This document shows, piece by piece, positions 45,517 to 56,505 of a DNA stretch of 64,000 nt. The notes under the pieces are model-generated. The model was not told the DNA's origin, ran no database searches, and saw nothing but the letters and a program-made list of their open reading frames with translations. Positions within the stretch are counted from its first letter, which is position 1, and the number at the start of each line of letters is the position of its first letter. Source of the DNA: Candidatus Zhuqueibacterota bacterium (lineage in GTDB: Bacteria > Zhuqueibacterota > Zhuqueibacteria > Thermofontimicrobiales > Thermofontimicrobiaceae); NCBI GenBank assembly GCA_049322915.1, contig JBMOPW010000034.1:456567-520566 (forward strand), read 5' to 3'. Made by a program: the position numbers and the translations under genes.

Positions 45517-47934
45517 TCAGCGCGCTAAAATCATTTTGCCACTGGCCTGGAACTCGCCTGCCTCCATGCGATAGAAGTAAATCCCGCTGTAGGCATTCCG
45601 GCCGAGATCATCCTGGCCATTCCAGGTGAGCTGATATTTGCCGGAAGAGTAGAACTGGTTGGTCAGCGTCTTCACCCTCTCACCGAGCAGATTGTAGATG
45701 ACAATGGTCACCTGCCCATCTTTCGGGATTTGGAAAGCGATCTCCGTGGATGGATTGAACGGGTCCGGGAAATTCTCGCCCAATTGATAGGTCTCGGGCA
45801 CATCCTTTTCTCGCGATGCATTTACATCGCTCGTGGTGACTGCTATTTCACCGGAAATCGAGCGATTGTGGGCGTCATCCTCGACAGCCACGCGGTAGTA
45901 AATGGTCTCGATATTCGACACCGATTCATCGCGGAAATGGGTGTCCGATGTCTGGCCAATCATGTTTTGCAGGGTAGGTGAAAATCCCGGCGTCGTGCTC
46001 CTGAAAATGGAATACAGGGTCACATCCGGATGGGGATTCACATTCCATTTGAGTTCCACGGCCATTGGCACAGCTTCGGCAAGGACATCCGGCGCCGGCG
46101 GCGTCAGGTTATCAATCGAGTAGCCGCTATCAATAGCAGAATAATAAAAATTATGATAATCCGAACAATGCGCCACCACGACGAAATAGGAGTAGTAAAT
46201 ACCCTTTGCCGTGGAATCCCCCAATGTTGGCGATACATAGGAATAGTAAGGCAGCTTGATCGCCGGGACAGTGGTGATGAAATCCCAGATAAAATTCATA
46301 TCTTCCATGCGCGCCGGCAGTTCTTTTCCGGCATCGGAGAGGACTTCGAGTGCAGTTTTCTCGGCCGGCTTTTTTTCCTTTGAATTCGTCGGTATGGCAT
46401 CGAGAGCCAGCTTGCGCGGCGTCAATCTCCAGACGCTGTATTGCAGGATCGGCATGCCGTGGTACTCGCGCGAATCAAAAGACGAGTTTTTCCATGAGAC
46501 GCGCGCCTGCAATCCCTGATCATTAGGGATATCGCGAATGGCTTCAAGCTTCGGCTCAGGCATCGCCTGGATGATATTGAAGTCCACATACTGATCGCCC
46601 GGCGCAGCCTGGCGCATATTGCCACCTTCCACAATCATCTCGGGCGGGAAGTAATTCATGTTCAATGTGACATTCCATTTAGGAGCGAGCGAAGAAACAG
46701 CCATCACATAGAAACCGTTCATATCCGTCTGGGCATAGCCGTAGCCAAACATGTGGCCTTCATCCATGCCATTGACTTCGATGTTCGGCACAGGATTCAT
46801 TCCGAATTGCGTCACACGGCCCGAAATCGTCGCATCCGTTGGGTAAAGCACAAAATTAACATCCCTCAGTGTATCCCCGGATGCAATGTTCACAAATCGT
46901 TCATATGGATTCACATACCTGGGCGTGACATTATGGACATAGATATCATAATTGCCTTCAGTGACAGAAATGCGGTACTTGCCGCTGTCCACCTGGCCGT
47001 CTATCCACATACCGGTTTGTTGGTTGCGCGCGCCCACATACATTTGTAATAAACTCCCTAAATCATCTTTGGGCAGTTGGCCCAGATAATCAAGGATCGT
47101 CCCTTTGACGAGCGCCGACGCTTTTACGAAGGTGAAATTCACTTCATTGACATTCGTATTGACCCGGATTGTTATCCACTCCGGCGGAATATAGCCGGGG
47201 ATGAGATTGAAGGCATCGAAGGCCCAGACTTGCCAATCCCGCTCGACATCATCCGGGATGAACATGTGATAATCGCCGTTTGAATCGGTCAACGCGGCAA
47301 ACATGAACTCTTTCTGGTCGTCATTAGCCGTTGATAGAATTTTTTTATTGGGCAATTTACTCTGCAACGAGAAGGGTTCAATAGCGCCTCCGGAAGCGCC
47401 TGCATCGTCACCCGGCTGATTGTTATACACCGGCATGGCCTCAATCATGAGAAAGGGCTGATTTTTCGGTTCATCGACACGGCCTGAGATGGAAAACGAG
47501 GATTGAATCTGCTCCACCGTCAGCGTGGCCATATCTGCGCCGCCATTGTCGTAGACAACGAAAATATAGTGCACGTCGGCGATGCTCCAGAAATCCGTAA
47601 CTGTCAATAAAAATGCCCCGTTACGCTGAAAATCCTGATCTTCCCATCCCCCATCAACAAGCGGCTGGCCTTCATGTTCTGAACTAAAGCCGAATATATC
47701 CTTCAAACTGTCGATGACGCCGTTTTTGTTCACATCCAGCCATACCAACACATTGGCCAGACTATCGCCAGGGCTGAAATCGAACGACACGGTGAACGAA
47801 TCGTTCACGGTGATCGTTGCATTTTTTTGACCATTGATGTAAAAATTATGAGCGCCAAAGGCCTGACTCATGCTGAAAATGCAGATCAGTCCAAGAAGTG
47901 CAGCGCCAACTTTGTAGCTGTTGCGAGTTTTCAT
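45517..47934 (-). CDS. Secreted multi-beta-sandwich protein (carboxypeptidase-regulatory-like repeats, FN3-like) with C-terminal FlgD-Ig/T9SS-like domain
   Basis: Signal peptide; repeated ISGRV...TD.NG.Y units; YYRVAVED; LGENFPDPFNPST...WNGQDD...SGIYFYRM; GGAGG RBS. Confidence 0.75.
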   Translation of the reverse strand: MKTRNSYKVGAALLGLICIFSMSQAFGAHNFYINGQKNATITVNDSFTVSFDFSPGDSLANVLVWLDVNKNGVIDSLKDIFGFSSEHEGQPLVDGGWEDQDFQRNGAFLLTVTDFWSIADVHYIFVVYDNGGADMATLTVEQIQSSFSISGRVDEPKNQPFLMIEAMPVYNNQPGDDAGASGGAIEPFSLQSKLPNKKILSTANDDQKEFMFAALTDSNGDYHMFIPDDVERDWQVWAFDAFNLIPGYIPPEWITIRVNTNVNEVNFTFVKASALVKGTILDYLGQLPKDDLGSLLQMYVGARNQQTGMWIDGQVDSGKYRISVTEGNYDIYVHNVTPRYVNPYERFVNIASGDTLRDVNFVLYPTDATISGRVTQFGMNPVPNIEVNGMDEGHMFGYGYAQTDMNGFYVMAVSSLAPKWNVTLNMNYFPPEMIVEGGNMRQAAPGDQYVDFNIIQAMPEPKLEAIRDIPNDQGLQARVSWKNSSFDSREYHGMPILQYSVWRLTPRKLALDAIPTNSKEKKPAEKTALEVLSDAGKELPARMEDMNFIWDFITTVPAIKLPYYSYVSPTLGDSTAKGIYYSYFVVVAHCSDYHNFYYSAIDSGYSIDNLTPPAPDVLAEAVPMAVELKWNVNPHPDVTLYSIFRSTTPGFSPTLQNMIGQTSDTHFRDESVSNIETIYYRVAVEDDAHNRSISGEIAVTTSDVNASREKDVPETYQLGENFPDPFNPSTEIAFQIPKDGQVTIVIYNLLGERVKTLTNQFYSSGKYQLTWNGQDDLGRNAYSGIYFYRMEAGEFQASGKMILAR

Positions 47935-48493
47935 CTCGTACCTCCAGTTGAAAAATTCAAAAGTTACTGTTTATCCTACTATATCGAATTATTCGTGAAA
48001 GTTCTTAACTGGCAGGACGCATAGAAAAAATGTCTTTTTGCAATATGTGTGACAGCATTTTATTTCGCGGCCATCGGTGATGGGAACACTGCGGCTCTTG
48101 CTCGTGGCAATACCATGTATCAGCCTGCCGGCGAACTGAAATTTCGACAGGACGAATTCACTGCGTCGGATTGAATTGCTCAGGGATACATGTTGGGCGC
48201 TGGAAAGGCAATGGGAAGCAGCGGGATTCTCAGGAGGAATTGCAGAATGGCGGGACGCCGGATTCCCTGTACAGCCATTCGGTTTACGACAGGGACAAAG
48301 CGGCACGCTTTTATTGTCAAAAAAAAAGCTCCAATAATATCGAATTATTGAAGCTGTTCAAATCAATCGGCGCGGCCGGATGTTTCGGCAGTTCGGGCCT
48401 TTTCAATTTACCTGAACGAATGGAGGAATGCGCGGAGCCACTTGTAATTCCTCTGAGTGTCGGTACAAGGCGCGTTCTTCTCATTGCGCTGTA

Positions 48494-49036
48494 TCATTCA
48501 ACTCGTTTGAAAATGTGGTAGCCCACGCTGGATTTGACCACATCGCTGATCTGACCCACATTCAACGAACTGAGCGCCTTATCCAGTTCAGGAAGGAAAT
48601 CGCCTTTATTGATGATTCCAAGATCGCCGCCGTTTTCAGCATTGGGTCCAATGGAACGCTCCTTGGCCAATTGCTTGAAATCTGCACCGCCATCGAGCAG
48701 CGCTTTGATTTCTTTGGCCTCGGCATCTGTTTTGACCATGATATGCAGCGCCCGCATATTGAAACCGGGGATGTCAAACCGGGAATTTGTGAGCGATCCT
48801 TTCCAGATATACCCAACCAGATGAACGGCGACCCAGCCGCTCTCCTCTTCGATGGCGATCACCTTCGAGCCCTGGGGCAATTTGCATATCACTGTCCCAT
48901 TGGGTGATAGTCGTAAATTTTCCGACTCCGCTTTGATGTAGAGTTCATCCCCTTGCTGGAGTTTCAATTGAGCGAGACTGACAACCGGAAGCATCATCAG
49001 CGCAAAGAAAGCAAGTCTGATACCGATATGTTTCAT
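48494..49036 (-). CDS. Secreted SH3-like + PpiC/parvulin peptidyl-prolyl isomerase
   Basis: Signal peptide; ENLRLSPNG...GWVAV..GYI (SH3b-like); HIMVK, FKQLAKERS, GGDLG, VGYHIFK. Confidence 0.85.
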   Translation of the reverse strand: MKHIGIRLAFFALMMLPVVSLAQLKLQQGDELYIKAESENLRLSPNGTVICKLPQGSKVIAIEEESGWVAVHLVGYIWKGSLTNSRFDIPGFNMRALHIMVKTDAEAKEIKALLDGGADFKQLAKERSIGPNAENGGDLGIINKGDFLPELDKALSSLNVGQISDVVKSSVGYHIFKRVE

Positions 49037-49059
49037 TTTTTCCTCTCCTTAAACCTGTT

Positions 49060-49965
49060 TTAATGTGTATCAAGAAATAGATTAACTTTTTCAATTGTCG
49101 GAATGCCGAGCCTGCCGCCGATGGACTGGCATTTGATGGCCGCTGTTGCGCTGGCGAATTTCAGGATTCGGGGCAGCGGCCACTGTTGTACCAATCCAAA
49201 CGTGAACGCGCCGTGAAATACATCGCCTGCGCCCGTGGTGTCGACGACATCCACGGCAAACGCCGGTTGATGAAAGTAGTTACGTCCATCGCCGGCGTGG
49301 CAGCCTCTCGCGCCGAGCGTTACCACCGCAGCGGTCGCGCCGAATTCCAGCAATGCATCGATGATTTTTTTCGGCTCGGTCGTTTGAAAAAATGACGCCC
49401 CGAACGACTCGGATACAACCGGATAATGCACCCGGCGCAACAATTCGGTCATCTTCGCGCGCGGGCTTCCTGCGTCCAGGACAATCTGCGCGCCCTTCTC
49501 TTCTGCCCATTCAATCAATCGAAACGTCGCTTCTGTGTCGCGCCCGTCGATGAGCAGATAGTTGAAGCGGCGGATGAGTGCTGTCTTCAGTTCGTCGATT
49601 TGAACCGGGCGATAGCCATGGCTGTTGAGCACGATGGATTTTTTGCCGGATCGCTGATCGATCCAGATGAACGCCTGGTTCGTTGGCATGGCTTCGTCGA
49701 TGATGAGGCCGCGAATATCGACTCCTTCGCGCTGGAATTGTTCCTGCACAAATCGGCCATTCACATCGTTGCCAACTTTTCCGAGAAAGCATGTCGAACT
49801 ACCCAACCGAGCCAGGGTCACCAGCGCGGTTGCAGCCGGACCTCCGCCCTGAAAGGAGAATTGCCGCGCTTCAGTCTTTTCATCCAGCGCAGGATAGGCC
49901 GGGACAATGCACAGATAATCGGCGGCGCAAATCCCAAAGCCGACGCAGTCGAACTGGTCGTTCAT
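49060..49965 (-). CDS. PfkB-family carbohydrate kinase
   Basis: GGGPAATA, VTLGARG, VVDTTGAGDVFHGAF. Confidence 0.93.
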   Translation of the reverse strand: MNDQFDCVGFGICAADYLCIVPAYPALDEKTEARQFSFQGGGPAATALVTLARLGSSTCFLGKVGNDVNGRFVQEQFQREGVDIRGLIIDEAMPTNQAFIWIDQRSGKKSIVLNSHGYRPVQIDELKTALIRRFNYLLIDGRDTEATFRLIEWAEEKGAQIVLDAGSPRAKMTELLRRVHYPVVSESFGASFFQTTEPKKIIDALLEFGATAAVVTLGARGCHAGDGRNYFHQPAFAVDVVDTTGAGDVFHGAFTFGLVQQWPLPRILKFASATAAIKCQSIGGRLGIPTIEKVNLFLDTH

Positions 49966-51651
49966 CTACGCCTGTTTCGATTCGATTTTCCGGGTGACAA
50001 TCGCCAGTATATCCTCCTGCGATTGCTGCGCCCGTTCCAGCAGCGAGGACACTTCCGCTATTTTTTCCGCCACGAATGACGCATCGGTGATGCCTGGCAG
50101 ATTTATTTTCACATTCAATCCGGCGCCGTGAACGGCCGCGCGCGCCATGAGGGCGGCGACGCCGGCATCGCTGGCTGCGTTTTCGTTGCCGTGGAGCGCT
50201 ACAGTCCGGGCAAGCTCCATCACGATGAGAGAATTTTTCATGACGCTCAACGGCACAAGACAGGCGCCTTTGGTCGCCGACTGAATCGCTGACTCGCGCT
50301 GAGAGGCCTGGTCCCCGGTTTTCTTCGGCAGGCCAAATGCCGCCATCAGCGTGTTGAAAGCTTTGGTGTCTTCATCCACGGCGCGCAGCAATGCGTCTTT
50401 CAATTCCTGTCCCCTGACTGCGACGTTCCGCATCGGTTCCCACTGGCTTTCATAGCCTTTTTTCCCAACGGTCAAATTGGCGACCATGGTTGAAAGGGCT
50501 GCACCCAGGGCGCCGGCAAGAGCGGCAACGCTTCCCCCGCCCGGCGCCGGCGATTCGCTGGCCAGCTCATTGGAAAAATCGCGAAGGTCTTTTTTCACCA
50601 GGGGCCCTTTCAACTCACGGACCTGGTATTCGATGATCTTCTTTGCCGGATCGAATGGCGTCAAATCGCGCAGCCCCAGTGAAACGACCGCAGATTCGAC
50701 AAGCTCCTCTTCGGAGACGCCGGGGGATTTGCCCTGTTTCAGCAGATAGTACCGACCGGCGTCCAGCATGGCCTGCAGCGGGATCAATCCGACGAGCTCG
50801 CTGCCGGTCACTCGCAGGCCGCGTTTGTTGGCTTCGCTGCAAATGACATCGAACGCCACGTGCGGCGGTGTAATTTTATAATTGATAAAATTGATCGAGA
50901 CCTGCGCCAGGCCATACGTATCGATGTACCAGCCCACGGCGCGCGTTGCCGGCAGCAGTCCCGGTTCCATCACCGGCACGCCATGTTCATCGCGCACGAA
51001 TTTTCCATCAGCATCGCGCTTGTTCCGTCCGCTCTCCCGCACGGACAGCGCGATGTCGTGAGCCAATTTTTTATCCTTCGTATTCAAATTAACATTGTAG
51101 GCGATTAAAAACTCGCGCGCGCCGATCACGGTTGCCCCTGATTTTTCATTGAACACAGGCTCGCCGAAATCAGGCTTCCAGTTCGGATCGTTCAATTTTT
51201 CGGCCAGTCCCTCATATTCGCCCGACCGAATTGTGGCAAGACTCCGTCGCTCCGGCGTGGTCGCGGCTTCTTCGTAAAGATAAACAGAGATGTTCAACTC
51301 GTCCGCGACGCGTTTGCCCAGATCTCTGGCAATTTCCACGCATTCCGCCATGGTCACGCCGGATACCGGCACAAACGGACACACATCTGTCGCGCCCATT
51401 CTCGGATGCGCGCCTTTATGCTCGCGCATATTGATCACTTCAGCCGCTTTCTTTATCGCCCGGAACGCGGCCTCTTTCACGCCTTCCGGCGAGCCGATGA
51501 ACGTGACCACCGTGCGATTGGTGTCCGCCCCCGGATCGACGTCGAGCAGCTTCACGCCTTCAGTGCCTTCAATCTCATTTGTGATGAACTGAATCACATC
51601 TTTGTTTCGTCCCTCACTGAAATTCGGAACGCATTCAACCAGCTTCAGCAT
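49966..51651 (-). CDS. ftcD: Glutamate formimidoyltransferase / formiminotetrahydrofolate cyclodeaminase (bifunctional)
   Basis: ECVPNFSEGR, HPRMGATDVCPFVP, GSELVGLIP; C-terminal SESPAPGGGSVAAL, SDAGVA, NVKINL. Confidence 0.95.
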   Translation of the reverse strand: MLKLVECVPNFSEGRNKDVIQFITNEIEGTEGVKLLDVDPGADTNRTVVTFIGSPEGVKEAAFRAIKKAAEVINMREHKGAHPRMGATDVCPFVPVSGVTMAECVEIARDLGKRVADELNISVYLYEEAATTPERRSLATIRSGEYEGLAEKLNDPNWKPDFGEPVFNEKSGATVIGAREFLIAYNVNLNTKDKKLAHDIALSVRESGRNKRDADGKFVRDEHGVPVMEPGLLPATRAVGWYIDTYGLAQVSINFINYKITPPHVAFDVICSEANKRGLRVTGSELVGLIPLQAMLDAGRYYLLKQGKSPGVSEEELVESAVVSLGLRDLTPFDPAKKIIEYQVRELKGPLVKKDLRDFSNELASESPAPGGGSVAALAGALGAALSTMVANLTVGKKGYESQWEPMRNVAVRGQELKDALLRAVDEDTKAFNTLMAAFGLPKKTGDQASQRESAIQSATKGACLVPLSVMKNSLIVMELARTVALHGNENAASDAGVAALMARAAVHGAGLNVKINLPGITDASFVAEKIAEVSSLLERAQQSQEDILAIVTRKIESKQA

Positions 51652-51743
51652 ATCACTCCCCTGCATATTTTTCATGAACCATGTTTCAAAACGCTATCTG
51701 TAAAAATCTAACCATCTGTTCGCGCGCCCACCACTATGTTCTA

Positions 51744-52916
51744 TCAAACAACAATCAATTCCCTCTGGGGGGAAGATAAAAATTCACAGCCATGTTCGGT
51801 GACGACTATTTCTTCTTCGATGGTGGCCACGCCATACCCTGGCACCGTCAGGCGCGGCTCCAGCGTGTAAACCTGGCCCTTCTCGACTTTCAAATAGGGC
51901 AGCCGGCCGTAACGTTCCCAGCGCGGACACAATACCCCGGCGCCATCGTGGGCTACCCTTCCCACCTGATGTCCCAGCGCGTGCGGATATTCCTCGAATC
52001 CGCGGGAAACGATGTAGGATCGGGCGACGTCATCCACCTGCCAGCCTTCCACGCCTGGTTTGATGAACGCTGCGGCTCTGGCGATGGCGTCGCGCACCGT
52101 GTCAAATCCCTTTTTCACCTCGGCCGGGGCGTCGGTTTCGCCCGGGCGCAGGAAATACCACGTCCGCTGCAAGTCGGACACGTAGTCATCGATTTTAACG
52201 CCGAAATCGATATTCATGATATGCCCCGATTTGATGACTCTGTCCGTCGGGCTGTAATGGGCGCCGGCCGTATCCGGCCCTGAAAACACCGAGGGGCAGG
52301 TGGCCCGGTCCCACGAAACTTCGATACCGCGTTTTTCGACCTGATTCAAAATGAACTCAGCGACCTGCGCCTCAGTCAATCCCGGTTTGACAAACCGGGT
52401 CACTTCATCGAAAATATCGAGGGTGATCCTGATAGCATGTTTCAGCCGTTGAATTTCAGCCGGCGATTTTCGCCCGCGAAGCGCGGAGATGATGTCTTCG
52501 GAGGAAACCATGCGATTGATAAAAGGAGTTTCTTGCAAATAGCTCTGCAGCAGAAGGAACATGCCGTGAGTCAGACCATCCGCGGTGAAATCGCTGGCGG
52601 AGTAATTGATAGCGATGGAATTGGGATTGATCGATTGAATAGCAGATACCAGAACGTCTTTGATGGAGGCTTTGTAACTGATGGTCTCGTAATAACCGAG
52701 ATCCTTGATTGCGGCATAATCCAGATTGCCGACGATGGCGATTTTTTTCCCGGTCGCTGAAATCAGGAACGCAGATTGCCAGGTGCAGCTTGCGTTGAGA
52801 ATCAGCGGCAGACAGGGATCTGTGACGGTGTGGCTCTCGCGGACAAAGGTCAGCCACAGGTCGATGTTTCTCTCTTTCAGAATGTCGATCGCCTGCGTTA
52901 TTTTTTCGTTCACCAT
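51744..52916 (-). CDS. M24-family Xaa-Pro peptidase
   Basis: IDFG...YVSDLQRT, HALGHQVG..AHD, TLEP, IEEEIVVT. Confidence 0.92.
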   Translation of the reverse strand: MVNEKITQAIDILKERNIDLWLTFVRESHTVTDPCLPLILNASCTWQSAFLISATGKKIAIVGNLDYAAIKDLGYYETISYKASIKDVLVSAIQSINPNSIAINYSASDFTADGLTHGMFLLLQSYLQETPFINRMVSSEDIISALRGRKSPAEIQRLKHAIRITLDIFDEVTRFVKPGLTEAQVAEFILNQVEKRGIEVSWDRATCPSVFSGPDTAGAHYSPTDRVIKSGHIMNIDFGVKIDDYVSDLQRTWYFLRPGETDAPAEVKKGFDTVRDAIARAAAFIKPGVEGWQVDDVARSYIVSRGFEEYPHALGHQVGRVAHDGAGVLCPRWERYGRLPYLKVEKGQVYTLEPRLTVPGYGVATIEEEIVVTEHGCEFLSSPQRELIVV

Positions 52917-52951
52917 ACCCGAACCTCTCGATTGAATTGGTGCGATTAGCC

Positions 52952-52983
52952 AAAAAGAAACCGAGATGGTGTTCTCGGTTTCT
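52952..52983 (-). terminator. Terminator downstream of mdh
   Basis: agaaaccgaga / tctcggtttct 11-bp stem with T-tail on the minus strand. Confidence 0.75.
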
Positions 52984-53021
52984 GGTAGACTTGATAAATG
53001 TTTGACGATTCAATCATCAAA

Positions 53022-53987
<966 letters not shown>

Positions 53988-54097
53988 TTATTTTGAACTG
54001 AAATTAGCGTCTACTGTAACGTGCTATGCGCACTGCTCTCGATTCTGGAAATGTCATTGAGTCGCTGCACCCGTAAATTAAAGCGCAAGGATACGGA

Positions 54098-54352
54098 TTA
54101 CGCTTCGACGATGTGAACCACTTTTTTGTCCTTGCCGCTTGTCGCGAACTTCACGACGCCATCGACTTTGGCAAATAATGTGAAATCATTGCCAACGCCG
54201 ACATTCTTTCCCGGATGGATTTTCGTGCCACGCTGACGGACCAGGATGCTTCCTGCAGAAACCTTCTGTCCGCCAAAACGTTTGACACCCAGCATTTGCG
54301 GATTGCTGTCCCGTCCATTCTTCGAACTGCCAACACCCTTCTTATGAGCCAT
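54098..54352 (-). CDS. rpmA: 50S ribosomal protein L27
   Basis: [16 protein letters not shown]...[16 protein letters not shown]. Confidence 0.98.
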   Translation of the reverse strand: MAHKKGVGSSKNGRDSNPQMLGVKRFGGQKVSAGSILVRQRGTKIHPGKNVGVGNDFTLFAKVDGVVKFATSGKDKKVVHIVEA

Positions 54353-54376
54353 GATTACTTCCTCCAAAATCCTGAT

Positions 54377-54691
54377 TTAATTCACGATGATATCATCAAT
54401 TTTTATACGAGTCAAATGTGCGCGATCACCGCGCAGACGTTGATACTCTTTCTTGCGTTTCTTTTTAAAGACGATAACCTTTTTGCCTTTTTCGAAATTT
54501 AAAATCGTCGCTTTGACCTGTGCGCCAGGCACAACAGGATCGCCAATTTTGACTTCATTGTCCAAAGCGGCGAACAACACATGATCCAATTCAATTGTTT
54601 TTCCGACTTCGCCTTCCATATTCGGGGCCAGAATCACATCATTTTTGGATACTTTAAATTGAATCCCACTTATCTCCACGATAGCGTACAT
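54377..54691 (-). CDS. rplU: 50S ribosomal protein L21
   Basis: MYAIVEISGIQFKV...KVIVFKKKRKK; directly upstream of rpmA. Confidence 0.97.
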   Translation of the reverse strand: MYAIVEISGIQFKVSKNDVILAPNMEGEVGKTIELDHVLFAALDNEVKIGDPVVPGAQVKATILNFEKGKKVIVFKKKRKKEYQRLRGDRAHLTRIKIDDIIVN

Positions 54692-54948
54692 GAAATAGTC
54701 CTCCAGACAAGCTTACACAGACAATTTTAATTAGGCCATCATCATGCGAATCGGTTCCGGCTGACACAGTTCGGATCTCATTCTCGCGCAATCTCCGACC
54801 GGCAGATTGCGCTCGAACATTATCCTGAGCAGCCGTCATTTCTGACTCCGGCGCCTTAATAATTTTTCAATAACTACTTTTCAAACATTACAGACCATTT
54901 TTTCGCTGGAAAAAACAGGGCTAAATATACTAATTTTTAGTATATTTG

Positions 54949-56466
54949 TCAAGAGTTAAATTGGTCAGTAATATTGCTATTCGATTTTTTTGAATAAAAC
55001 TGAATCTCATCGACTTCCAGATTTTCGTCAGGCTGCAAGTCAATTTTAATTTTCTGCTTCCACATGATTCGCCGAATCGGGCTGCGAATTCCCTGAGTCA
55101 AATAGGATTTGGTCTCAGGATGGACAACCAGCCGCAAGCTCCGTTCGCGTGACGCCGCTCTGAATCGTTTCACCCATCGCTCAATTTTCGTGAGAATGGT
55201 GCTTTTGGATGGCACGCGTCCCAGGCCTTTGCAGGTAGGACATGTCTCGCTGAACGTGAACAGCAGGCTTGGCCGGATCCGCTCCCGCGTCATTTCGATG
55301 AGCCCGAATTCGCTGATCGGTGTGATATTGGACTGGGCGCGATCTTTCAGCAGCTCCTTTTTGAACGCATCGTGCAGCGCCCGTTTGCTTCGTTCTTCAC
55401 GCATGTCGATGAAGTCGATCACGATAATTCCGCCCATATCCCGCAGCCGCAGTTGCCGGGCGATCTCTTTGGCCGCTTCGAGATTGATCCGCAGTGAATT
55501 CTGTTCGTGATCCCTTCGCCCGATGAATTTACCGCTGTTCACGTCGATGGCCGCCAGCGCTTCTGTCTGATCGAAAATGATGGTGCCGCCGCTTTTCAGC
55601 CACACCTTACGCGAAAGGCCCTTTTCGATCTCGGTTTCGACATTGAAGTAATCGAAAATCGGGGTATTGCCGCTGTAATATTCCACGGCATCGACCAGAC
55701 CACGGGCCACATCCTTCAGGTAGGTGACCACTTCCCGATACAGCTTTCGGGAATCCACGACCAATTTTTCGACGTCCTTGGTGAATAAATCCCGAATCAC
55801 ACTGGAGGTCATGCCCATATCTTTGTACACAAGCATGGGCGGCTTGGCTTTTTGCAGCTTCTTCTCCAATTTGCGCCAGACAGCCACCAGCGACATAATA
55901 TCCGCTTTTAAAACCTCTTCGCTCCGGCCCTCGGCAACGGTACGAACGATGACGCCAAATCCTTCAGGGCGAACGCTGCGCGTGAATTTTCGCAACCTGC
56001 GCCGCTCCCGTTCACCGTCGATTTTCTTGGAAACCCCAACCATGGATGAGTTGGGAACCAACACACAAAAACGCCCCGGGATCGAAATCTGGGTCGTCAA
56101 ACGCGAGCCTTTGGTATTGATCGGCTCTTTGATGATTTGCACTAAAATTTCCTGTCCAACCTGAATGCGGTTGGGTGGAATCGCCTCTTCAATCGGCGCT
56201 TCAGGATCTTTATCGATCAATGCGCTAACCGTGTAAAACGACTCCCCGATGTCAGAGAAATGTAAAAAAGCATCCTGTTTATGGCCGATATTCACAAACG
56301 CGGCCTGCATGCCTTTTACAACGTTGACAACCTTGCCGAGATAAATATCGCCCACCATTCGTTCGCTCTCTGGCTTCTCGACAAATAACTCGACAAGTTT
56401 CTTTTCTTCTAAAATTGCAATTCGGGTTTCGCTGATCGATGAATTGATAATAATTTCTTTTTTCAT
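54949..56466 (-). CDS. rng: Rne/Rng family ribonuclease (RNase G-sized)
   Basis: GDIYLGKV..V..GMQAAFV (S1 domain), IDVNSG, RQLRLRDMGGIIVIDFIDM, CPTCKGLG. Confidence 0.92.
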   Translation of the reverse strand: MKKEIIINSSISETRIAILEEKKLVELFVEKPESERMVGDIYLGKVVNVVKGMQAAFVNIGHKQDAFLHFSDIGESFYTVSALIDKDPEAPIEEAIPPNRIQVGQEILVQIIKEPINTKGSRLTTQISIPGRFCVLVPNSSMVGVSKKIDGERERRRLRKFTRSVRPEGFGVIVRTVAEGRSEEVLKADIMSLVAVWRKLEKKLQKAKPPMLVYKDMGMTSSVIRDLFTKDVEKLVVDSRKLYREVVTYLKDVARGLVDAVEYYSGNTPIFDYFNVETEIEKGLSRKVWLKSGGTIIFDQTEALAAIDVNSGKFIGRRDHEQNSLRINLEAAKEIARQLRLRDMGGIIVIDFIDMREERSKRALHDAFKKELLKDRAQSNITPISEFGLIEMTRERIRPSLLFTFSETCPTCKGLGRVPSKSTILTKIERWVKRFRAASRERSLRLVVHPETKSYLTQGIRSPIRRIMWKQKIKIDLQPDENLEVDEIQFYSKKSNSNITDQFNS

Positions 56467-56505
56467 AAGTCCTATCTTAAAAATTTGTTGTGATAACAGG
56501 GTTAA

